From Raillietiella orientalis (Eukaryota), in NCBI GenBank assembly GCA_036172245.1, contig JAYWIR010000019.1, positions 2,170,001 to 2,234,000 on the forward strand: a stretch of 64,000 bases of DNA. Direction: 5' to 3'. The position numbers were made by a program, and so were the translations under genes. The notes under the pieces were generated by a model, which worked only from the letters and a program-made list of their open reading frames with translations, was not told the DNA's origin and searched no databases. Within the stretch, counting starts at the first letter, position 1. Each line of letters starts with the position of its first letter. Shown one piece after another: positions 39,101 through 48,605 of the stretch.

Positions 39101-39397
39101 CCTTTCGGCAGGTCGAGGTCTCTGCGCCGCTGGGGGATTTTCAGCAGGTCTCCGAGGCTTTGGTGAGGCCTGGGAGGCACTCACAGCCACAGGTGTTCGA
39201 AACCATGGAGACGAGGAGAGCCTCCCCGATCCAGAGCGCGGAAAGGGGCACGTTGCCCTGGGGGCTCCTGGTCTGCGCACGCTTCGCAGGGGCGCGCGTC
39301 CACGGGACTTACCTCTCCCTGGAGAGGGGGCGGCGGCGGAGACCCGGGCAAGGAGCGGCAGTAGCAGCAGCAGCAGCAGCGGTGGCGGCGGAGGCAT
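27975..39397 (-). CDS. Secreted DM4/DM12-like protein, paralogue B; proposed 5 coding exons, 263 aa
   Basis: complement(join(27975..28179,29869..30234,32702..32787,34912..34961,39313..39397)) = 792 nt, open frame. Core RLDDMAGSLMERDRFKCINRIFCE and AASVGAEYVDRNECRKVFSRCP align with paralogue A. The last two exons are firm; the two small internal exons are inferred from splice sites and phase only. Confidence 0.7.
28768..28989. repeat. GA-rich low-complexity tract
   Basis: Almost pure purine on the + strand. Confidence 0.9.
29228..29640. repeat. Dispersed GC-rich repeat, copy 2 (unclassified)
   Basis: Direct-orientation homologue of 20570-21040. Confidence 0.8.
29869..30234 (-). CDS. DM4/DM12-like B, core exon (CINRIFCE)
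   Basis: gcttcccag|G...AG|gtaggc, 366 nt, phase 2-2 as in paralogue A exon 2. Confidence 0.85.
32702..32787 (-). CDS. DM4/DM12-like B, putative small exon 3
   Basis: ccgcgtgcag|CTC...CC|gtaaga, 86 nt, phase 0 to 2 (LTQEVQRRDRSANSRLPRNQGVFEDRVA). Confidence 0.5.
33988..34088 (+). repeat. 13-bp minisatellite, ~8 units, consensus (t/a/g)GGTCAGAAGRAA
   Basis: aggtcagaagaaa tggtcaaaaggaa gggacagaaggaa tggtcagaagaaa tggtcataaagaa tggtcagaaggaa aggtcaaaaaaa gggtcagaaga. Confidence 0.9.
34912..34961 (-). CDS. DM4/DM12-like B, putative small exon 2
   Basis: cgcgtcccag|TC...GAG|gtgagc, 50 nt, phase 1 to 0 (VTAPSPPPMAEDCSFRE). Confidence 0.45.
36140..36167. repeat. (CTG)9 microsatellite
   Basis: Direct reading. 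Confidence 0.95.
36432..37413 (-). mobile_element. tRNA-headed SINE-like element, copy 2 (in an intron of proposed gene B)
   Basis: Head gcccgcgctgg...GGTTCAAATCC; 36432-37333 is a ~98-99% identical reverse complement of 62885-63786. Confidence 0.75.
38470..38665 (+). repeat. Degenerate ~12-bp purine-rich tandem repeat
   Basis: Recurrent gtgggc(g/t/a)cagRa units. Confidence 0.5.
39313..39397 (-). CDS. DM4/DM12-like B, putative exon 1 (poly-Leu signal peptide)
   Basis: MPPPPPLLLLLLLPLLARVSAAAPSPGR then G|gtaagt (phase 1), in a very GC-rich island. Confidence 0.65.
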
Positions 39398-39399
39398 CG

Positions 39400-39960
39400 C
39401 CCTGGAGACGGGCTAACCCATCACACGGGCGGGGGCCAGAGGCGGCGGTGGCGTGCGCGTGCTCTGGCGCTCGCGCGGGCACCTGAGCGGGGTGGCTGGT
39501 GCGGCGCGGCGTTTCCCAGGAAACCGACTGACCGGCCAGCCGCGGCGGGCATCGAGGGGCGGGTTGTCCGGCTCGCCGGCGGTGGTTGCCGGCGGAGGGC
39601 GGGAGCGGGCGGAGCGCTCGCGCTGGAGGGGCGTCCCGCCACCGCGTCGGCGGCGACGGAGGGCGCGCCCCGAGGGATGCGGGAGCGCCGGGGGCCAGGA
39701 AGGGGGACGCCTTGTTTACCGTCCCGGGAGCCCGCCGGCCCTCCCGCATTTCGGGGGTAAACATGTTTATCGGCAGGATGGGGAGGGGGCGATCCCGGCG
39801 GGCGGCCATCGATCTTCTGTCAAGGTCGCACGTCGACGCGAACCGAGGGGCAGACGAGGGGCGGGGAAGGGGCAGTCGGAGGTTTCGCTCCTCCTCCTCC
39901 GCAAGGGCAGGCAGGGGGCGGGACGGGGCAGGGGGGATCTCGCCCCCGCCCCCGTCCGGT
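39400..39960 (-). promoter_or_regulatory. Very GC/CpG-rich island upstream of the proposed first exon of gene B; candidate promoter / 5' UTR
   Basis: Dense CpG and several GGGGCGG boxes immediately 5' of the ATG at 39397. Confidence 0.35.
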
Positions 39961-40149
39961 CGAGATCCCTCTGGGAAGTCCCTTCCCTTCTTCCGTCTCC
40001 CCGGAGAAGGATGGGCTCGGGATGGAAGCAGGGCAAGTGCCAGGGGGATCGCTGCCGGCGAGACAAACCCCCGGAGAAGGAACAAAAAGGCTTCTTCCTT
40101 CTCTTCCTCCTCCCTCCCTCCCTCTGCCTCCTCCCGCCCGCAGCTGGAA

Positions 40150-40900
40150 GCAGCGCGTGCGCCCCGGAAGCGCCTCGCCCCCAGAGTGCCGTGGCGAGGA
40201 GGGCAGCAGCTCTACCTAGAGATGGGGCGAGCGGGATCGCGGTTCAGGAGAGGGGTATCGTTCCCCGTGAGGAGGGGACTTCGGAACAAGGTCAAGGACG
40301 GGATCCGCGCCCTTTCGAGCCCAGCAGGCGTTCCGGCGAGCAGTTCTGGCGGGGGGGAAGGAATGGAGAAGGGACAAGTGACGTCATCAGCATCAACCGG
40401 AGGGACTTCTTCCTTCCGACCAGGGGCTCGATGACCCCTTCCTGACGGGAGGCTTGTTCGAGAGAAAAGGGTCCTTCCTCCTGCCTCTTTCCCCCTCCAT
40501 CCGAGCCGATCCCAACCGTGCCAGGACTATAAGGGAGGCGAGGAAAAAGGCTGTGAAACTGGGAAACTCCTCCGAGGATGCTCGGAACCTCGTGGAAGTT
40601 TCTCAGACGGGCAAAGAGACGAGCGAACGGGCTGCGCCCCTGGCGGCTGCGTGTTGTCCTTCCAGGAAACTCCGCGAGATGGCTCTGCTGTGGCTCTTAG
40701 GAGTTTCTCTGAGCTGAAGGCAGAAGGATAGGAAGGGAAGGGAGGAGGTAGGATAAGGGGGAAGGAGGTAGAATAAATGCAGCAGGGCTCGCGCCAGTGC
40801 CCGCCTTCTCCCAGACTGGAGCGTTGCTAGGCGGCCGCGGGACGCAGTCCATGCCCGCTGCCGAAATCGGAGAGCCTCCCAGTACACCCGAGACCTCAAC
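40150..40900 (-). mobile_element. Highly degenerate LINE reverse-transcriptase remnant
   Basis: DFGS/MDCV (DF.KAFD.V), SRQGRSPFARLF (RQG..LSP.LF) and DADDVT (YADDVT) in the correct order. Confidence 0.45.
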
Positions 40901-43900
40901 GCCTGAACGGAAGTCCCTCCTCTAGGCCGAAATGGCGGTCGTTCACCCGACCTCTCGGAAGATCATTCGGGAGGCGAAGGAAGGATCAACAAAAAGTCCC
41001 AGGAAGCGAAGGGATGGGAGGGGGGGAAGTCTCGTCCTCGAGAGATAGAGCGGGAGAGAAGATGAGAGCGCTGTAACCGCGGCGGATAGACCTCCGGAGA
41101 TGAGCCTTCCCTGAAGACGCGAAGCGCTCTAGCTGGCCTGTCTGTTAGGGAGACGACGCGTTTCTGATCGCTTCTGGCTCTCCGGAAGGAGAGGATGGGT
41201 GGACTCTCATTTCTAGGAGCAGCAGCAGCAGCATCAGCAACAGGAGCAGCTTCGTGACCCTCCACGAAGACGACGGCGCGCTCCTCGGGGCCGTTGACTT
41301 GCCCTCGGATTTCCCGGGTGGTCCGCATCAGCACCGAAGCTGCCTGCAGCGGAGGAGGCGCAGGGAGTCGAGGAGGTGGTCGTTGCCAGGGAAAACTATC
41401 CTATTCGGAGATGGAGATGCGCATGGGCATCGAGGAGCGAACGTTTCTCTCTCTCTATCTCTCTCCCCTTCCTCCTTGCGCGCTCTCCCGCTGGCAATCG
41501 GGAAGCCGCCCTGGGAGCTGCCGCTGGCGCGGAGGCAAGCGCGAGAGATGGTGGCGGCTGCTCTGCTCGTGCATCCTGGAGGAAGAGCCACTGCGTCGCC
41601 AGGGCGACGAGGCGCGGAAGGGCAGATGAGGCAGCCGTCGTGTACCCTTGATCCCCACGAGACCGGATGAGCAGGAAGGTTGGTGGATGTCTAGCGAAAT
41701 GGAGGTCTTCCCAAGGCGTCCGCCTGAGGCAAGAAAGCAGCGGGCGTTTACGACCCCTCTCTCTCCGGGGGCAGTTTGCCCGAGTCGCCGCTGCTTTCGG
41801 GCTCGTAGTTGGTTGGTTGAGTCTCGCTAACGTCTCGAGAGAGGGGCAGAGAGGAGGAGCGTGCGACCGGTCACCCTCGAACCGAGGCTCGAGATGCCAG
41901 CTTCCATCAGCTGGACACCGTTGCGATGGGGTCTCCAGCTCAGGGAGGCGGAGAAAGGGGGTCCGGGACTGTTAGCTAAGGCAGGCGGTCCCAAACGATG
42001 CCTCCCTGAGGGGCAGAGGGAGTTGTCTCCGTGGAAACCACACAGACTGGCGCTTGAACGCTCTCCAGTAGCCCCTCCTCCCTCTGGTGCAAGGTCGGCT
42101 CGTTTCGCGGGGTCTGAGCGGGAGATGGATGGGTACTAGGTGCCCTGCGCACATGGAAGCCCGCCAGACTCCCAGCGTCTGTCAGGTAAGACGGGGATGG
42201 TGAAGCCCTCAAGATATTTCGCGCGCGCCTCCCGAGCGTTGCGAGGCGGTTGCCGCGGCTTGCAAAATCCTCCCCTCTCCTCCCCCCTCGCATCCAAACA
42301 ACCCTTCGAACCCCTCTCTTGCCTCCGTGCTTCCTTCACCTTTCATGCAGTCCTGCTGCCAAAACCGTGGATGATGAAAGGCATCCCGGAGGTGGAGCAG
42401 AGAGGTTTCAGGGGATCCAGGAAGGGAGGAAGGATGCTGCAAAGATGGAACCTTCTCTGATGGTGCAACCCCGAGAATCTGGACAGCTGAGATATCTACA
42501 TGGAGGGCAGCTTACAAGGCATCCCGGCAGACTGCGATAGATCTGAAATGCCTCCATGCGCCTCAGGATGAGCTCAAGAAAGGATGTAAGCGATGACAGA
42601 TGCACTCTGCTCAGCTGGTGGAAGCCCGTTCCAGACGGTTTTCCTCCAGAAAAAAACCCTGAGATCCCGGAAAGGAAGGGAGAGGAGGCGGGACGAACAT
42701 CTTTAAGGTCCTGGGGCATCCGACGCGACTCATCTGCGAGCCAGGCGCTGAAGATGCTGCAAGGAAAAGGGGAGGAAGTGGAGGATGAAGGAGGGAAGGG
42801 AGGAGGATTGGGCTGACTGCCGGAGCAATGACGTTACTGTCCTTCATCCTTCGTGATGAGAGGAGTGCGTGCGACATCCGCCTCTGCATCACCCTCCTAC
42901 CCGACTTCCATGGATGGGGGGAGGGTCAAAGGATGGACAGTTTTATTAACGCCTTTTTCTTCGAAAAACGGGAACTCTCTCGGCCTCTTCGGCCTCTTCC
43001 GGTTCAGATGTTCCCCCCTGCCTTTGTGAGTCCTACGGGAATCCATGGCAGCCTGGCGGGATATGAGACTGTGGGAAAGACATCTCTGGTCCGCTTATTT
43101 CAGGAGCGGCAGCGCAACCAGGGGTCGGAGGATGTGACGAGAACTACCGAGGACGCATCAGTGTCGGTGCCCAAGAAAACACGAAGGAGCATCCCTAGGA
43201 AAAGGGGCCGCGGGGAGACTAGCTGGAGAATCCGGCCTGAGGGACTGCCAGTGGAGGAAAGAAAGTTTCCAAGATTCCGAATTTCTTAAGGATCTTCGTG
43301 GAAGGTCTCTTCGGATCCTTGGCAACCCTTCATCAGTGAGACGACCCTTTAGAACTAGTGTCTTAGAGAAATTGAAAGAGTGGTAGTAAGATGAGATTTT
43401 GATAGGATGTTGTCTGGGGCGGATGATGAAGAATTTATCTTCATGATTTGGTAATTTTATAAGTAGTAAGTGGATTTAAGTAAATAGTAATAAAGTATTA
43501 AAATTAATTATCTTTTGTATCAGAGTAAAATTTATATTTAATATTCGAATGTTAATGAGTTAAATAAAGTGATTGCTATGTGTGCTCTGAAGGGCACCTG
43601 CCCCCGACCGCACTCCCAATCCACTTCGTCTTGCTGGGCAGATGGACTCTTTCGGTGGAGCGACCTCAGTCTGCCGCGCCAAAGAACTCGCTGTCCCTCC
43701 TTTGTGCATGAACACTTCGGCATTCCTCTTGAGGTGGGAAGAGGATGTCCTGCTGTTCCTGCACTGAGGTCTCCAGGGCAACCAGCACAGCCTCCCCGGT
43801 TTCCCAAACCGCTGAAGCTGCGGGGCGATTGAATCGTTCCCCGCACCTCTTGATCAACTGTGGTGCCCTCCAGGAAACTTTGTCGTCGGATGGCTCCAGT

Positions 43901-45329
43901 AGGCCTCCGCACCGTTGTCTCCACCGTGGACTTGCTGCTGCGATGCTTCTTCACCAGGGGCGGAGGAGACCCGACAGGCGCCGTGATTGCGACGATGCGC
44001 CGCACCCGCGGCATCGTCACGCGCTCCATGTGCTGGAGTCTCGGGCGTGGCGAACGGAGAAGCCCTAAGCTCGAGGAAGGCCGCGAGGGAATGACCCCAG
44101 CTGCGGGAGATCGACGGCACTCTGCGCCGCTACTGAGCGAGGAAGAAGCGACTCAAACAAAGACCCTTGTCCTAACTCTCCCTTTATTTCTTTATTTATT
44201 GTCCCTTTCCCTCCCGCTCCGGACTGCCTCAGCAAACGACCTGCGTGTCGATCCCTTCCATGAACTTCTTCTCTGCTGTCGTTGCTGTTGTTGAACTGCG
44301 CTCCCAACTCCTGTTGGTTTAATTTTTATAAAATAGAAGACCCGGAGTCCTCGGATGAAAAAAACCTTTGCCACGAATTCTTTCCGTTTCCAAGGTGACG
44401 GGAATCTTTCGATGAGGATATTCCAGTTTTTCAAGCTACTTTTCAAGGCACTTGCTGGAAATTGCGATTTGCGGTATGTGCCTCCATCTAGAAGGGCATT
44501 CTTTGCTCCACCCCTGCTGTCCCTGAAGTCTTCCAGAACGCTGAAGAGATCGCAAGATCGAGGAGGGAAAAGATGGTAGTCTGCGTCGGGCGAAGAAACC
44601 AAACCCTCTGTGGGTACAGGTGAAGTACTTCCAGGGAAGGGAGCTCGTAATGCCTGTCCGAGGGCGTGTGCAGCATGAGTCCTGACTCTTCGCAGGCAGG
44701 AAGCTGCTTTTGGGGCTACTTGGGTTGCTCATAATGTCTCCAGGATCCCTTTCCCTTCCATTCCCCTATGAACCCTCGAAAATGAGGAAGATCTGGCTTT
44801 CCGGAGGCGTTCTGGAGCGCGGAAGGATGCGGGATACGCTCGAAAAAACTGGAGGGAAGCAGCAGGAAGGGGAGCTGAGGCACGTCCAGCAGTCTTTTTG
44901 GGTGTCCTCGGATCTTCCGGGCATTTCCAAAGGGAACACTTGGGACCGCATGAGTGCCACCAGAGTCCTCTGTGTCTTTCAATAGTTCTAGCTCCGACCT
45001 GAGACCGTTTGGACACGGAAAGAGCCGAGATTACAGATTTCGGGGAGAGCGGATGAGCGGCTGTAATGAGATTCCTCAGACTCGCCATTTCCAAAGCAAG
45101 CGGTTACTCAGACTTATCTCCCGGTTACGCAGATGCACTGCCGTTCTGTTGCACCTTTTCTGCCCGTTCGACAGACATTTGTGAGCCGCTCCTTTGTCCA
45201 CTTGGTTTCTGGCACGTGACTGGCTCTTCTGCGTCATCCGGGAGCGAATTGCATTTGCTCTGCATGTGGGAAACCCGCGCGCACCGTTCGGCGGTCGCCC
45301 CACCTCCACACACGCACACGCACATGCTT

Positions 45330-45720
45330 CCACTATCAGTTCGTGGTGATGCAATCTGTTGCGTCATGACGAGTCTTCCCGAAAATTCTCCAGATCAAAG
45401 CTGTTGCTTCGAGAACATCCCTTCCATCACTTGCATCCTTTCTTCTTCATCGAATCTCCACCTCTATAGGGAAAGCACACCTTAAAGCAGGATGCTCCCC
45501 TACAACTCGATCTACGCCTGTACCCTCCTCAGGACCACCTTGTAATGAAATGAGTTCCTGGTAAAACTGAAGACCTGGGGCGGAAGTTGAAGAGTCGTGA
45601 GCATTGACATTTGATTCCTGAAAGCAGTTGGGGAACAGAGATCTGCAAACAAAAATAGAATAGGAGGTCTATTGAGTGAACTACGAGGAGGATTGAAGGA
45701 ACCACATATACCTGGGGTTC
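45330..45720 (-). pseudogene. Possible fossil MULE fragment
   Basis: NSFHYKVVLRRVQA (CxFH..QAV.RKVQ-like) and IWRIFG..CITTN (W..RTNN-like). Confidence 0.38.
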
Positions 45721-48605
45721 CTTTGCTCCTGAGAGCAAGGAAAGGATGCCGAAGTCCCCACGGCGTTGGTCGGGACTCGGGCGACCGACAGGCAGCTCCC
45801 TGATCGAAAGGATGGGAACACCGGCTTCCCCGAAAGGCACCGCGGGAGGCAGGCGGCTGGCCTCGCCGGCCGTTTCGCCTCCTGGAACCGACGCGGCATT
45901 TCATCATCGGGCAGCGAGAGGCGCTGGCTCGGAAACCGATTTCACGCCGGCTGCCGGGGATGCAGCTTTCACTCGCTCTCGAAACCAAGGTGAGGGTTTC
46001 CCCCCTGTACGCACGAAAGAACGCTCTCTTCCTGCGGAAGCAGGGAATGACTGGATGAATTTGCAAGTTGGCAGGGTTGCGAATCGCAGAGTGCCCGGGG
46101 CATCGTTTCCTATCCCCCTTGACTGACTTCCTTCCTCCTTGTCCACTGATCTCTTTCTTGCTCCTTTCGCGTCTCCGTGTCCTTCTGCTTCACGCACACG
46201 CGATTCGCTCCAGTGTCGCTCTCCCGTTAAGGGACAAAAAACACAGACACACACAAAAAAAGGGAGAGATAGGGGGGAGGAAGTTCTGATTCCACCTCCA
46301 CGTTCGCTTGCAGGATTCACCACCTCCTTCGTTCTGTCCGGAGTCTGCAGTCCTTGTTTTACCCTTCTCTTCGCCTACCCTTTCCTTCCGAATTCACGAA
46401 ACGGGGGAAAGAGGAGGGAGGAGGTGCCTATGCAGAAAACACGCAAGAACTCCCAGGCTGCCGCCCGGAATCGATCCGTTCGCCCACATAGCCTTCGTCC
46501 ACCGTGGCCTCACCCGACTTTCCGCCTTTTTTATCCTAAAGTCGCAGGGGTGGTTTTCCCTCAGGGGACAGCGGCTGCAGGTGTCACGCGACCCCCCTAC
46601 TGCGGACACCTCCGTCTCACGGTCCCTGCTTTTGCCCGGTTGAGAGGAGGTGTCTTTTGGAGGCGTTGAATCTCTGGTCAGTCTGCTGGCTTCGGAAACG
46701 CCCCCCACCCCCTTCCGCGCCGCGTCCATACGTGCGCGCCCTTGCCTCGAGAAGCACCCTTCTGGTCCCACTCAGGCCCGCCTTGCGACCGCTGGTATCC
46801 TGCGACGTCTCTCGAGCTTTTTGTCCCTCGCTCCTCCGAGATCCCCTTCCTCAGCACAACCATTCATTCCTCTCTGGGTTGAGACTCTTCTCTTGCCCGG
46901 GTCTTCCTGCTGCATCACCAAGAAGCGCGCCGCGCCGCCGACTTCTCCGCGCGTGGCGGCGGCCGGTCGGGTGCTGAAGTCGACGGGACGACGAGCGCGG
47001 GATGGCAGCGAAGTTGAGTGCGGGAAGAAGATCACACGGAACGGAGGAGGAGCTGGGAATTTCCGCACCTGTGCAGATCTAGACGGCAGTGACCTTCCAC
47101 AAGAGCAACCAGCACGCTCGTCCCGTCCATGGCCTTCCTCTTCTCTGCCGGGTGGACGCGGACGGATTCCTGGATCTCGGCAAGACTGGACGTCCTCGAG
47201 CCTCGTAAGCTCACCAATTTCTTCTTCCATCTTTTGTTCCTCATCTCTTCCTCGGCTGCAGCGATTCTGGGCAGCGAAGAGTTCCGAGTTTCGGATGAGT
47301 GTAGGTTGTGGTAGGGTGAGGTTTCTTTCAGCTCGGGGATTTCGGCCGCTTCGCTCGCAGGAGATTCCCGCGCGTCTCTCATGGCGCTACCGCTTCTCTC
47401 CGAGGCAGGTCGGCTGGAGACTGAGAAAGAGAACATCCAATCCGTTCGAGCTGGAAAACGGAGCCAGAGGATCCTGCTTTCCCTTGGTCAGGAGGAGCGG
47501 AGGATGCAGCCGCTTCCTTGGAAAGAGGGTTCCTTGCGGAGAGCGCCAGCTCACTGCCGGCACCCATGGTCAGTTTTTTTTTTTCCAGGACCTTCGGGGA
47601 GAAATTTTCCCTCCCGGCTTCGTTTGAGGGCACGGCAGGCCTCAGCGCCCCGGACAGGTTGCGCCCAACCACGCTTCATTTGCCGGGAGATCCTCAGCTG
47701 CTTCAGCCGGTCTCAAGGTCTGCTTCGTCCGAAGACGTCTCTGGCTCTTTGGCTACGCAGGGCGTGCGAGCTCCGAAGGGAGCATGGCCAGCAGCGCCGA
47801 TGTCGCATGACGTGCTACCTGTCCTTTCTCTCCGCATGAAAGTCACGTGACTCAGTCACCTGGACGTCGGATGCTGCAAGAACTGGGCCGTACCTGACGT
47901 GATTTAAGTCCGCAGAAGTCACGTCGTACCTTCCTCTCCGTTAATGACCTTCGAACTCGGATGGCGCGCTCGTGCCGCGCTCACCCCTCGGGTGCTCATC
48001 GGAAATATTCGCAAGGTCCTTTTGCATATCTGATTCATCTCTCTCTCCGGAGGAGGGAAGGAAAGACCATGAGATTTGTAGGCAATTTGCTGTTGACACT
48101 CTAGCAACCAGAGTTCGTCTTCTTCCTCTCTTTCTTCTTCATGCCTTCCGATCAGTCCAAACCACTTTTTGAAGGACGGAGGACGACGTTCCATCCTGAG
48201 GGAAGAAGGTCGTGGTTCACAGCTCTGAGAGCGTTTCGGGAGCGTTTCGCAGTGGATGTGACTGAATTCAGGAGATGACTTCTTGAACACATCCCGTTTT
48301 CGACGCGCGCTCACGGTGAAAGAAATATTTGTGAAGAGCATACGAGAGGAGCGGAGAAGGGGGAGGTCAGGGAGCGATTCTGAAGAAGAAGGATCATCCG
48401 GAACGATGACTCGGAAACAGCTGGTCGGGAACGAGCTCTAGCGGGAATTTTGGAATTCCACCGGCTGCAACAGAAAGGAGAAGGAGATATCTCTAGGAGG
48501 AAGAAGAGGAGACCGTTTGAATTCGACAGGAACGACACATCTGGGATCAAGGGAGAGACACGCGTGGCGGGAACGCCCTCTCGTGATCACCCCAAGCTAT
48601 GGGAG

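Noticed and set aside
14944..39397. Bioluminescence cluster (paralogues A/B as luciferase catalytic subunits next to the LRR gene)
   Set aside because: A and B show a DM4/DM12-like cysteine pattern with no recognisable similarity to the 19-kDa Oplophorus luciferase, and the LRR family is common in non-luminous species.
48510..48605. Degenerate SINE head flanking the 3' end of the large LINE
   Set aside because: gtttgaattc and ggatcaaggg faintly resemble the head about 90 bp from the LINE end, but the similarity is too weak to count as a fourth targeted insertion without an alignment.
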